A DNA stretch of 64,000 bases, from IMG/VR virus record IMGVR_UViG_3300021440_000013, positions 124,001 to 188,000 of that record, one strand, 5' to 3'. Within the stretch, counting starts at the first letter, position 1; each line of letters starts with the position of its first letter. Below, piece after piece: positions 39,428 through 49,131 of this stretch. A model generated the notes under the pieces. It made no database searches, was not told the origin of the DNA, and worked only from the letters and a program-made list of their open reading frames with translations. A program made the position numbers and the translations under genes.

Positions 39428-42400
39428 TTACATCGTTCTTCGCATATCAAGGGCGGATGAGCCAGACTTATCCTTGCGACCCAGGTTGATTCTGTCCTGT
39501 TCTTTCGGAGAAGCTTTTTCATCGCCTGCTTTAGCAGCCTTAGTGGTGGCACTTACAACCGTAGCCATCATCTCAGCCACCTTTTCAACCTTGACATTAC
39601 TCAGGATCTCACGCAGCACTACCAACGATTCTTGTTGGATACCAACAGATTTGTCTAGCGCTGTACTTAATGACCCAAATCCAGCGGCCATGCCTTCGCC
39701 CGACTCAGTGCGTCCGGTGCTAACGACCCCCGGTGTGCGGTTGTCTAAGAAAAGCCCAGAGCTAGAACTCTTAGGTTCTGGCGCCTTCTTTTGCCCCGCT
39801 GCGGGTCCGGCATTAGCAACCGCTGCTTTTTGAGCCGATACCTTTTCACCTGCCATCGGTGTACTGATCGGACTCTGAGCTGGATCGATATCAAGACCAG
39901 GTCCTTTACTTGGCGCCGCGGAGAGACCTAGCGAGCCAGTGGGTGCTTTGACACCGTAGCGGCTTGATTTCTCATTAAGCTTGGCGCTTAAGTTATCGTA
40001 GACCTGTTTAACGGTGAGGGGTTTACCATCTTTGTAAAAGATGTTTTGATTCTTCGAGGCCGGGCCTGGAAAACGATTCGCTGCAATCGCGTCAGGCGGC
40101 ATGGAAAGAAATGCTTTTGCGCCACTGGCCCCTAAGAAATGCGCCAGGTAAAGGTCAGTCAAATTTGGATTTGACTTGACCGGTGCGATGACTTTCTTAT
40201 TCTCCTTAATGTATTCAGCGGCCATCAAACTTGACGCTTCAACACTAAACGGAGACGCCGTCTTCTCTAAGCCATACTTAGAAGAATACTTAGAAACCAT
40301 CGAATCCCAGGTTGACCGAATGAACTGAAAGAGTCCCGCGGCGGAGCTTGTTGAAGCTTTGGCTTGGGGATTCATGTCTGATTCAACCGCAGCAAACGCC
40401 TGCATGAGAGCCGGGTCCTCACCTGCACGTTTGGCGTGCGATGCGATCTGGGCTTTGATGTCGCCACTTGCGCCATTTTCAGCGCTGGCGGTAGTTGCTT
40501 TCCCGCCGGTGGAGGCGGGTTTCTCTTCAGCGTCAGGTGGAGGAAGATCGTTGGTCGTTGAGTTAGCGGCAGCGGTATTTTGCGCCATTGACAGTTTAGC
40601 ATCTTTGGAAGGAGGCGTTCCTGCTTTGGCGTTTTGATCCGAGGCTTTCTTAACCGCAACGGCAGTATCGACCGTGTTGGTCGAAGTCGTTTCAGCTTTT
40701 ACCGCTTCGCTAAATTTAGGCGGAGGGAGCACCTGATCTTTTGCGGTTTGCTGTAGATTAGACGCTACGGGCGAGGGCGGGGCATTGAGTAGACCCAGTG
40801 CAACGTCTTTGTTACGCCGACCCTTTGCGCTGTTAGCCATGCTACCGTATCCGGCGCCACCACGCATGACACCCGCGCTGATCATGGCGTCTCGCAACTG
40901 ACCATTAGTTTTCGCTTCCGAAGGGTTCTTTTGGATCCCTGCGGGCTCTACGTGCCAAGGTTCTTGCCCCACGGGTCTGGTGAAACCATACTTCTTCATC
41001 AAGCCCAGTTTGTCAAGCTCGTCAGCGATCTTTGAATCGATGTCGAGCGCTAAACCAAACTCATGAAGCGAGTTGCCTGGCGCCGCAGCTCTATCGCCAT
41101 ACTTACGCTTCATCTCGACTTGTTCTTCGTAGGTGCGTACACCCGAAGTGACAAGGATGCTCTTGCCTGTATTCTTTCCATACTCCTCAGCCATCCCTAA
41201 GAAGAGCTTGAGCATGGTTGGATTAAGGCTATCGATGTTGATACCCTTTTTCTCAAACTTAACGAACTGGCGACCTGCTGTACCCTCCAAGGGTGCGCCT
41301 GGCGCCATCGCGACTTTACCCGCTCCGCCTACAAGACTCTTTTCTTCACTGCCTTGCTCGCGCGCTGTGGTGCTGGCTGGTGCCGCACCACCATCTTCAC
41401 TCTGGGTGGCCGTCTGTACCTGGGCTTTATTCTGCTCAGCGTTCTTACGGCGCTCCTCTTCGACCTTCGCTTTTTGAGCTTGGTCGATCTGACTCTCTTT
41501 TTCTTTGTCTTTAAAGACGCCGAAGGTGAGTTTGTCAAAGAGCGTTTTAGCAACCGATGTCGCGGTTGTTTCACCGAGCTTTGCAGGAGGCAGCGTTGCT
41601 TTGGTGTCTTTCGGTTTATCCGCTTTCGCCTTAGCGATCAACGCTTCGATGCTGTCCTTGACAAACTTGTTGTCCAAAGAGAGCTGGCTTAATGCTTTAA
41701 CCGGAGAGGTGTCTTCATCATAGGGGCCACTTTCAAAACCAACGAGTTCGAGATACTTGATCCGATCGTCCGGTTTAAACTTAGCCACCTCTTTGAGCTT
41801 GGCTTTGTTATTGACCGCATAGAGCGCGGTCATGTGTGTCAAGAAGAATGGCTTAAAGCGTTTATCGAACCAACGGCTAAACTTCTCGCCTTGCTCAGTA
41901 TCTTCCTTGTCAATCTTAAAGAGCTCAAGGAGTTCTTCAGATTTGACTTTCTTATCATTGATATAGGCTTTACCGTTATCGTAACCGACACGCCCATCTT
42001 CAAGATACGCTTCCAACATGAACGGGTAGTAGTTATACTGATCCACGCTCTGATTGTAACCAAAGCCATATTGGTTTAAGCGGATGCGTTCAAACTCATC
42101 CGCGTTGTTACGCGTCGCGTATTGGTAGAGTTTATAAAGTCCATAGCCGGCACCTGCTATCGCTGCCGCACCTAAAATCACTGGGCTGCTGATCACGGAA
42201 GCAACGGCCCCTATTGCACCACCGGCTACGTTTAACGCACCCATGGCAAGGCCAGGTAGGGCGCGTGTCAACGCAAAGCGCCCTAGTCCTAATGCACCCT
42301 TGCCGGCAAGCTTAGCGGCACCCCACGCGCCTTTACCAGCAAGCTTGGCTACGCCTCCCACTCCCTTAACCAGTGCACCTGGCGTCATCGCGAGAAGTTT

Positions 42401-45400
42401 ACCCGCTAAACCCATCACGCCGCCAAGACCTTTAGTGATCAAGGAGAAGAGTCCACCAAAGCCCGTCATCGCCATTTTGAGGCCATTTCCAAGCAAATCC
42501 ATCAGTCCTGTACCGCCCTTATAGCGTGCGGTCAGATCTGCTTGAGCGCCTTCTTTTTGGCGAGATGCTTTGAGTTCAGCTAACTTTTCTTCACGCTCTT
42601 CAATACTTCCGTCACGTGTACCACTTCCATCGGTGTCGTTCCAAGCACGCTTGGCCGAATCGATCTTTTGCTTAACACGTTTAAGAAGAGAAGGTTTCTT
42701 TTCAACTTGAGGTTGATTTTCGGGTGTGGCTGCCGCAGCACCTTTTTCTCCACCCTTTAAAAACCCGCCAATACTACTTGCAAGTCCACCCGCCATAGCG
42801 GCACCGGTCCCTAATAGACCGCGTGCCTTACCCTGCGCTAACTTAAAGCGACTTGGTTTGGCAGGACCCATCTGGTCTGGAAGTCTAGGCCCCACGAAAT
42901 CACCTGGACTCTGAGCCTTAGGGGTCGACCAACTCGGTTGCTTGAATCGATCCTTGGCAGCTTGAATCATCGCATCGATACGGTCCTGATACGTCTCGTT
43001 GGGTTGTAAGTCCGATATCCCTCTGTCAATCGCATCTTTTTGTCGAGCACCGGGATATATCGGTCCAACAAACTCATCTGGTCTCTGGGTCTTGGTAGCG
43101 GTGTGTTTTGTTTTTAGCGCGCTGTACTGGTATTTGGCTTTATTGAACAAGCCTTTCTTTTTGTCACCCGGCTGCATCGGACCCACAAAGTCTTCCGGTG
43201 TTCTACCCAAAAGCTTGTCTCCGAGTTCGCGTCCCTTGCCTTTTAGGTCAGTGAAGTTTTCTTTATTCTTAAAGAAATCCATTCCACGAGAGAGAAGTGA
43301 GCCTGAGCTTGTTCCGATTGCAGCAGTGCTGACTCCAGGCTGCATCGGACCCACAAAGTCCTTTGCGACCTCTTCACTGACAGCACCACCTTTACCAAAA
43401 CCAAAGAAACCCTTGATCTTGTTCTTGAGCTCTGCGGTCTTTTCTTTGATCTCAGCCGACTTGATGGCTACTTCGTCCTTAGCTTCCTTTAAAACCTCGT
43501 TCAGGTTCTTAGGCGCTTTGTCGACAGGACCGCCAGGCGGCGTTACCTTGAGCTTGGCAGATTCACGCTTCTTAATGCGTTTTAACACATTCACACGCTG
43601 GTTAAGCATGATGTCGCGGATATCGAGCAAGACCTCGTAAGTATCCTTGGCGTATTTATTTTCACCAAAGTTGATACCAAACTGACCCCAGTCGGTGGGT
43701 TGATCCCACCACTCTTTGATCTTTCCACCCATTGAGAGCGACTTATCGGTCAGGACATTAAATCCTTTTCTAGCTTTATCTCCTACCCACGCAGCCGCCT
43801 TGGTCGCTAGACGGATGACGTTGGTGACGTTTCCACGGATCTTATCACCATAGCGATCATAGAGACCCTTGGAGCGTTCTTCAAGACTCAGGATGATGTT
43901 ACCCACCGAGTCAACGATATCGCCCTTAGCCTTATTGAGCTTATCCATCGTGTCAAGCACTTCGCCCGTGACCGCGTCACGATAAAAACCCGCCTTGAGT
44001 TTAACGGCACGAATAACGGGTTCTACGCCATCAGGCAAGTACAGGTCTTTGGCTTCATTAAGCTTATCCCCAACCCAACCAAAGACTTTACTCACCTTGT
44101 CTTTGATGAACTTTAAACCATTGGGAAGTCCTTCGGTTAGAAAAGACTTCGCGCTATCGAAGACGGTGCTTGAAAAAGATGCTGCTTTTTCATAGAGCGT
44201 GCTAAACGCTTTACGCGTACCGCTCTCTTTATCGGTGAGTTGGTCTTTAAGAAAGTCTTTTGCTGAGGTGAAAAGACCCTTGGCTTTCTCGGTTTTCTCA
44301 CCCGGTGTAAAGAATTCTTTAAGCGCCTCGATTGTGCTTGAACCGGCTTTAAATCCTAGGTCCATCGTGCCGCGCATGATCGAAGTAATCATGCCGCGGA
44401 AAGTGCCATCGTGAACAAGTTGGTTTGGAATAAAGCCACCCGCACCCTGGCCACCGCTTTGCACAAGCTCACTGGCCAGCTTTTGCTGTTCGGTAAGCAG
44501 CTTTACCGTGTCAGCGGTATCTTTTTGGATCTTAGCGAGGAGCTCGTTGGTGAGCTCCTCTGCGCTCTTACCCTTGGTACGGTGACGTGAAGAGCTCTTG
44601 GGTGTGGTTTCCGGCGGTGCGGCGTCACGTTTAAAAAGACCTTCGACCTTCTCACCCAAATGTTGAATGGAAGCCATCAAGGCGCCATTCATACTTTGCA
44701 GATCGATCATCTTGCCCTTTGGTGCAACCTCTTCACCTAGGTTCTTACGCACCTCCTGAGCCATGGGTCCTGAGTGCTCTTGATCATCGCCCTTACCCGC
44801 CTGATAGTTCCAGTTAAAGAGCTTGGTCTTTTTAATACCTTCGTAGGCTTCCCTTGGATTAAAACGCTTAACCTTGTCAAAGAAACCCTCTTCTTTGTCG
44901 GGTTTAGACTTCTGTCCAAAGTAGCGTGCCGCCAAGTCTTTATAATCCTGACTCCCAGGCGCACCCTTAAAGCGATCACTGACCGCCTGGAGGAGTTCTT
45001 TTGGGTTAAGCTCTTTGATCGCTTCTTTAACGTTGATGTCCGAACGAATAAAGGCGCTGTCTTCCATGAACTTGGCGTAAGCTTCTTCATCGATGTCGTA
45101 CTTGCCGTCATCACGCTTTTTCGCTAAACCTTTCTTAGCGATTAGATCGCCATAGCCCGCCTTTTCAAACCCAGCGATGGTTTTATCAGACGAAGGTGTC
45201 CTCTTACGGATGTCCTTGATGGCTTTAGTCAGTGTGTTAGCATCGCGGTTTTTAGTATCGCTTTGCTCGCTTGAGCGAAGCTTATATTCAATTAAGTCTT
45301 GGAGTTCATCTGAGAGCTGTCCGAACGAAGGGGACGAGAGGATCGAATCAGGATCAAGTGGGTTATTACTATCCCGACTCAGCCTTGATAAGAATCGTTT

Positions 45401-47038
45401 AAGCTCGATGATTTGGTCTTCGTCGAGGTTTTCATTTTCGGTAAAGAGTTCGACGGCTTTTTCGACTATGTAGTTATAGCCGGATCTCTGGATATGGGAG
45501 GCAAGGTCTTTTTCAACCCGCGCCCCCATGTCCGTTTCACTGGTGAATTCCTTACGCTTAAAATCGTATACCTGCCGGTCGGCTTGATTTCGCCCGGTTC
45601 TTAACATGACGATTTCGCGGTGAATGTTCGCCAGGTGCCCAGGGATAATGTCGGTTAGACTGATGTGTGCTTTGGCATCAAAACCCATCGTAGGGTTATC
45701 GAGCTCATCGAGATTCGTCTCAGAACCAATACTTCGACCCGGATCCCTGTCCGTGAAGTTATCCATGAGCATGTCAAGGGCACGGAAGAACTTACCCTTA
45801 GCACCAACCTCGTTGGTTTTGTCAACCCAGTTTTGAGACTGCCTTAGTTTCTCGATAGCGCCTGCTGGGTTGTTAGCAATATTGGCAAGGCCGGCAAACT
45901 TCTCCTGGATGACCGAGTCATCACCACCGATCTGTTTGATCCGTTTAGCCATCACGTCGCGAAACCATTCCGCGATGTTGGCACCCGCCGTTGCGCCAAG
46001 CATCTCGGCTTTTGACATGGGTTCCATACCCATGTCAACCATCGATGCGTTCATTCCATCCAGCATCTCTTTAGCGTCAATGGCGCTGTCAAGCTGCATG
46101 TCGGCCGTATCGAGCGCCGAAGTAAAGCCAGAAACTGTCTGACGCGCAGTTTCTTTAAGGCGGTCCATACCTTTTTTCAGGAAGGACTTATCGCCATAGA
46201 GCGACTCAATAAACTTTTTCTTACTGACTTCTTTAAAGCGCTCGCTTTCGGTGATCTTTACGTACTCTGGCATCGCGGTGTTTTTAACCACCGCTTCCAG
46301 TTGCGTTTGGAAAACTTTGAAACTGGCCTGAGCTTTTGAGAAGTGTTCTTTTTGTGCAAGCAGCGAACGAATCTGAAGTTCAAGCGACTTGCGTTGAAAG
46401 CGCTGGTTGGTGTTAACCGTATATTGCGTCTGAATGGAGAGGCTACGCTCCATCGAGCGTTGCAGATCGAAGTTGGCATTAAAGCGCTTAGCACCGATGC
46501 GGTCTCGAATCAGGTCTTTGGCGTTATCGAGCTTACCTTGTTCTTGCTGCTGCTCAAAGACCCCTGCAAGCGACATCGCTACCGCTTGTTCTTCTTGGTT
46601 AGGGACTGTGTTCTGCTCACCACCGATGTCTATGCCACCCCAGCGTGCGATTTTCTCAGTCAGGCTTTTAAGGCGCTTAGCACTCTCTGGAACAAGCTGG
46701 TTAATCTTGGCGGTAACACGCCCGACACGGGGCTTTATTTCTCTTACCGTCTCATCGTATAGTTCGTACATCCCGGTGGTGAGCTCACCGGTTGCATCTG
46801 CCACTTCCCCGTAGCTATCAGGGAGCGTTTTGCGAAGGGTGTCCTTTACAAACTCTGGGCTAACCACCGCGTCTTTAACGCCAGACACGGTACCCATAAA
46901 GACGTTGCCAATGACACCACGCGCTTTTTTCTTACCCGTGGCTTCCTGATTAAGCTCGCCATCAATTTCATTCTCGAAGTCGAAATTAAAATCTGTATCA
47001 AACTCCGGAATATCCGAAACCAGCTCCTTCTTGGCCAT
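39428..47038 (-). CDS. Giant tail-associated peptidoglycan hydrolase / tape-measure-like protein (phiKZ gp181-like) with S74-like, M15-peptidase and SLT domains
   Basis: SLT: AAVES..NP...SSAAGLFQF...W, YLAHFLG. M15: TSGVRT..EQ...APGNSLHEFGLALDI...EPWHVE. S74-like: SDINVKE...GPMAQEV. SD GGAGG then ATG 47038. Confidence 0.85.
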   Translation of the reverse strand: MAKKELVSDIPEFDTDFNFDFENEIDGELNQEATGKKKARGVIGNVFMGTVSGVKDAVVSPEFVKDTLRKTLPDSYGEVADATGELTTGMYELYDETVREIKPRVGRVTAKINQLVPESAKRLKSLTEKIARWGGIDIGGEQNTVPNQEEQAVAMSLAGVFEQQQEQGKLDNAKDLIRDRIGAKRFNANFDLQRSMERSLSIQTQYTVNTNQRFQRKSLELQIRSLLAQKEHFSKAQASFKVFQTQLEAVVKNTAMPEYVKITESERFKEVSKKKFIESLYGDKSFLKKGMDRLKETARQTVSGFTSALDTADMQLDSAIDAKEMLDGMNASMVDMGMEPMSKAEMLGATAGANIAEWFRDVMAKRIKQIGGDDSVIQEKFAGLANIANNPAGAIEKLRQSQNWVDKTNEVGAKGKFFRALDMLMDNFTDRDPGRSIGSETNLDELDNPTMGFDAKAHISLTDIIPGHLANIHREIVMLRTGRNQADRQVYDFKRKEFTSETDMGARVEKDLASHIQRSGYNYIVEKAVELFTENENLDEDQIIELKRFLSRLSRDSNNPLDPDSILSSPSFGQLSDELQDLIEYKLRSSEQSDTKNRDANTLTKAIKDIRKRTPSSDKTIAGFEKAGYGDLIAKKGLAKKRDDGKYDIDEEAYAKFMEDSAFIRSDINVKEAIKELNPKELLQAVSDRFKGAPGSQDYKDLAARYFGQKSKPDKEEGFFDKVKRFNPREAYEGIKKTKLFNWNYQAGKGDDQEHSGPMAQEVRKNLGEEVAPKGKMIDLQSMNGALMASIQHLGEKVEGLFKRDAAPPETTPKSSSRHRTKGKSAEELTNELLAKIQKDTADTVKLLTEQQKLASELVQSGGQGAGGFIPNQLVHDGTFRGMITSIMRGTMDLGFKAGSSTIEALKEFFTPGEKTEKAKGLFTSAKDFLKDQLTDKESGTRKAFSTLYEKAASFSSTVFDSAKSFLTEGLPNGLKFIKDKVSKVFGWVGDKLNEAKDLYLPDGVEPVIRAVKLKAGFYRDAVTGEVLDTMDKLNKAKGDIVDSVGNIILSLEERSKGLYDRYGDKIRGNVTNVIRLATKAAAWVGDKARKGFNVLTDKSLSMGGKIKEWWDQPTDWGQFGINFGENKYAKDTYEVLLDIRDIMLNQRVNVLKRIKKRESAKLKVTPPGGPVDKAPKNLNEVLKEAKDEVAIKSAEIKEKTAELKNKIKGFFGFGKGGAVSEEVAKDFVGPMQPGVSTAAIGTSSGSLLSRGMDFFKNKENFTDLKGKGRELGDKLLGRTPEDFVGPMQPGDKKKGLFNKAKYQYSALKTKHTATKTQRPDEFVGPIYPGARQKDAIDRGISDLQPNETYQDRIDAMIQAAKDRFKQPSWSTPKAQSPGDFVGPRLPDQMGPAKPSRFKLAQGKARGLLGTGAAMAGGLASSIGGFLKGGEKGAAAATPENQPQVEKKPSLLKRVKQKIDSAKRAWNDTDGSGTRDGSIEEREEKLAELKASRQKEGAQADLTARYKGGTGLMDLLGNGLKMAMTGFGGLFSLITKGLGGVMGLAGKLLAMTPGALVKGVGGVAKLAGKGAWGAAKLAGKGALGLGRFALTRALPGLAMGALNVAGGAIGAVASVISSPVILGAAAIAGAGYGLYKLYQYATRNNADEFERIRLNQYGFGYNQSVDQYNYYPFMLEAYLEDGRVGYDNGKAYINDKKVKSEELLELFKIDKEDTEQGEKFSRWFDKRFKPFFLTHMTALYAVNNKAKLKEVAKFKPDDRIKYLELVGFESGPYDEDTSPVKALSQLSLDNKFVKDSIEALIAKAKADKPKDTKATLPPAKLGETTATSVAKTLFDKLTFGVFKDKEKESQIDQAQKAKVEEERRKNAEQNKAQVQTATQSEDGGAAPASTTAREQGSEEKSLVGGAGKVAMAPGAPLEGTAGRQFVKFEKKGINIDSLNPTMLKLFLGMAEEYGKNTGKSILVTSGVRTYEEQVEMKRKYGDRAAAPGNSLHEFGLALDIDSKIADELDKLGLMKKYGFTRPVGQEPWHVEPAGIQKNPSEAKTNGQLRDAMISAGVMRGGAGYGSMANSAKGRRNKDVALGLLNAPPSPVASNLQQTAKDQVLPPPKFSEAVKAETTSTNTVDTAVAVKKASDQNAKAGTPPSKDAKLSMAQNTAAANSTTNDLPPPDAEEKPASTGGKATTASAENGASGDIKAQIASHAKRAGEDPALMQAFAAVESDMNPQAKASTSSAAGLFQFIRSTWDSMVSKYSSKYGLEKTASPFSVEASSLMAAEYIKENKKVIAPVKSNPNLTDLYLAHFLGASGAKAFLSMPPDAIAANRFPGPASKNQNIFYKDGKPLTVKQVYDNLSAKLNEKSSRYGVKAPTGSLGLSAAPSKGPGLDIDPAQSPISTPMAGEKVSAQKAAVANAGPAAGQKKAPEPKSSSSGLFLDNRTPGVVSTGRTESGEGMAAGFGSLSTALDKSVGIQQESLVVLREILSNVKVEKVAEMMATVVSATTKAAKAGDEKASPKEQDRINLGRKDKSGSSALDMRRTM

Positions 47039-47089
47039 TTTTAGATAGCCTCCCATAATGTAAAGTTTAGCATCCAAAGGATCTTCGCT

Positions 47090-49116
47090 ATGAACCTTTT
47101 AGATACGGTCCCATTTAACCTGAGTCTTCTAATTCTCACGCCCGAGAATACACGTGGACTTGGGCAAGTCAAAGTGCTCGATGTTTTCTCAGCGGCCAGT
47201 AAGAACTTTCACAGTGACGGTCTTTTTAGTATCGAGACCTTTGGTAAGGTAGGGGGTGAACGCCGTAGCCGCCTCTATGGTTACATTAACCTTAATGTGC
47301 CAATCTTTCACCCTGTGCTCTATAAGAGCTTGATTGGGCTAAAGGAGCTCTACGCGCAGATCATGGCGGGTTCTGCCTACGCCAAATTTGATCCAGTAAC
47401 AAAAGACTTTGAAGCAGCCTCAATCACCGACGGTGAAACAGGCTACGCGTTCTTTGTCAGGCATTTCCAAGCGCTTCAGTTTGAGGAGCGTAAAAGTACG
47501 TCGCGTGAGTTCGCGATCAAGCTCATTAATAAATACCGCGATAAGGCTTTTATTGATAAACTCATTGTGCTTCCTGCTGGATTACGTGACTACACGATCC
47601 AGCCCAACGGTAAGCCTGAGGAAGATGAGATCAATACCCTGTATCGCAAGGTGCTCTCCAATGCTACGGTCATTGGGACTCAGTCAAAGAGCGATCTGAC
47701 CCATATTGACTCAACCCGTTATGGGCTTCAGAATGCGGTACAGGAGGTCTTTAGTTACATCGTGAACTTGCTTGAGGGGAAGGGTAAGTTGATCCAAGGC
47801 TGGTGGACTAACCGAAACGTTCACAACAGCACACGCAATGTGATCACAGCGATCGTCCCCAAGTCTAATGAACTGGGGGACGAACACACCATTTCCCCAA
47901 ACCACACCGTCGTGGGGATCTATCAGCAGATTCGTGCGATTTTTCCGATCTCGATCAATCTGATCCGTGAGATGGCGGGTATGGTTTTTTCAGGTCCTAA
48001 TAACCCAGCGCGGCTAATCGATCCAAAAACACTTCTAGGTGAGACGGTCTCGATTGATCCGGTTCATTTTGATGAGTGGATGACCCAGGAAGGGATCGAG
48101 TCCATTTTAAACCGTTTTGAGATCGAGGCGCTTCGACACGACGAAGTTAAGGTGGGTGGACATTACTTCGCTCTGCTTTACAATGACGGTAAACGCGTCA
48201 AACTCTTTCACGGCTTGCAAGAGCTGCCAGATGGGTTTGACAAGGCATTCGTTAAACCGGTTAGCTATGCAGAGCTGTTCTACTTAGCGGTCTATAAACG
48301 TGTCAGGGAGATCCCTGCGTTTGTGACACGTTACCCCGTGATCGGCTATGGTGGTATCTACCCAAGCTTCGTCTATATGAAAACGACCACGCACAGTCAA
48401 TCTTTGCGTGTTTTAGATGACGCGTGGCAAGAAAGTGGCGATGTCGCTAATGAGTTCCCAATTCGCGGTGTACCTTTCGTTAATTCACTGAGTGTCTCCG
48501 GAGCCCACTTAGGCCGGCTCGGGGCTGATTGACAACGAGTGTAATAATTGATGCTAGAGTTTAGCATCTCGTTGTTTGTCCGATTTTGTAGAAATGCAAA
48601 ATTGATCCTCCTTTAACTGCTGGAACCCACTAAAGCTGTGTCACCACATGCGTCACGAAAGTAGACGTAGACGGTTTAAAAACGACATGGATGATCCGAT
48701 TGACTCGGTGAAATGGGGAACCGTGGAGTGAAACACTCCCTTTAGCAGCCAAGCTCCTAAGGCGTAAGCTATGGAGAAGGTTCAACGATCAGCCCTTAAG
48801 CAAGGGGTAGGCTCAAGCGAGCCGAAACGGGGAGCACCTGACCGGTTGATGCCGAAGGTGAAGATATGATCTGTTCTGCATGCAAAACATGCAGCGTATG
48901 CGGGTAATGCTGCGGGGAGAAGGGTAGCGTCTTTTCTTGAACAACAAGTTCGACGGGGATGTCATGTCGTTTGTACCGGTGATGACCGATGAGTCTATCG
49001 CAGAAGTTACGAAACTCTTGGCCAGTCGCGACTACTATGTGGGTGTCGATGGCAAGATGGTATTTAGCTCTTCTAACGATGTCTCTGAGTTGGTTTTCTC
49101 AGAGATGACCAGTTAA
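47090..49116 (+). CDS. Virion RNA polymerase beta' subunit (phiKZ gp180-like); spliced join(47090..48529,48949..49116), 535 aa
   Basis: DGLFSIETFG, LPAGLR, LEGKGKLIQ, TRYP motifs. Catalytic LGAD|FDGD is restored by removing the intron. Exon 2 = FDGDVMSFVPVMTDESIAEV...EMTS*. Confidence 0.9.
48530..48948 (+). ncRNA. Group I self-splicing intron (419 nt, no homing endonuclease ORF)
   Basis: 5' exon ends in U and intron ends in G. P AACTGCTGGAAC (48615), Q TAGCAGCCAAG (48743), R GTTCAACGATCA (48780), S AAGATATGATCT (48861). P2 with GAAA loop, P9 hairpin, P9.0 TGTTC/GAACA. Confidence 0.92.
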
Positions 49117-49131
49117 GGAAAAGTGGTTAAA

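Noticed and set aside
39420-46814. Numerous + strand ORFs (60-213 aa) opposite the giant tail gene, and similar shadow ORFs elsewhere
   Set aside because: Fully overlapped by long motif-bearing genes on the other strand or frame; no motifs of their own.
48530-48532. TGA readthrough or alternative genetic code in the RNAP gene
   Set aside because: The continuation is 419 nt away and in a different frame, the gap has group I intron structure, and TAA, TAG and TGA all end normal genes elsewhere in the window.
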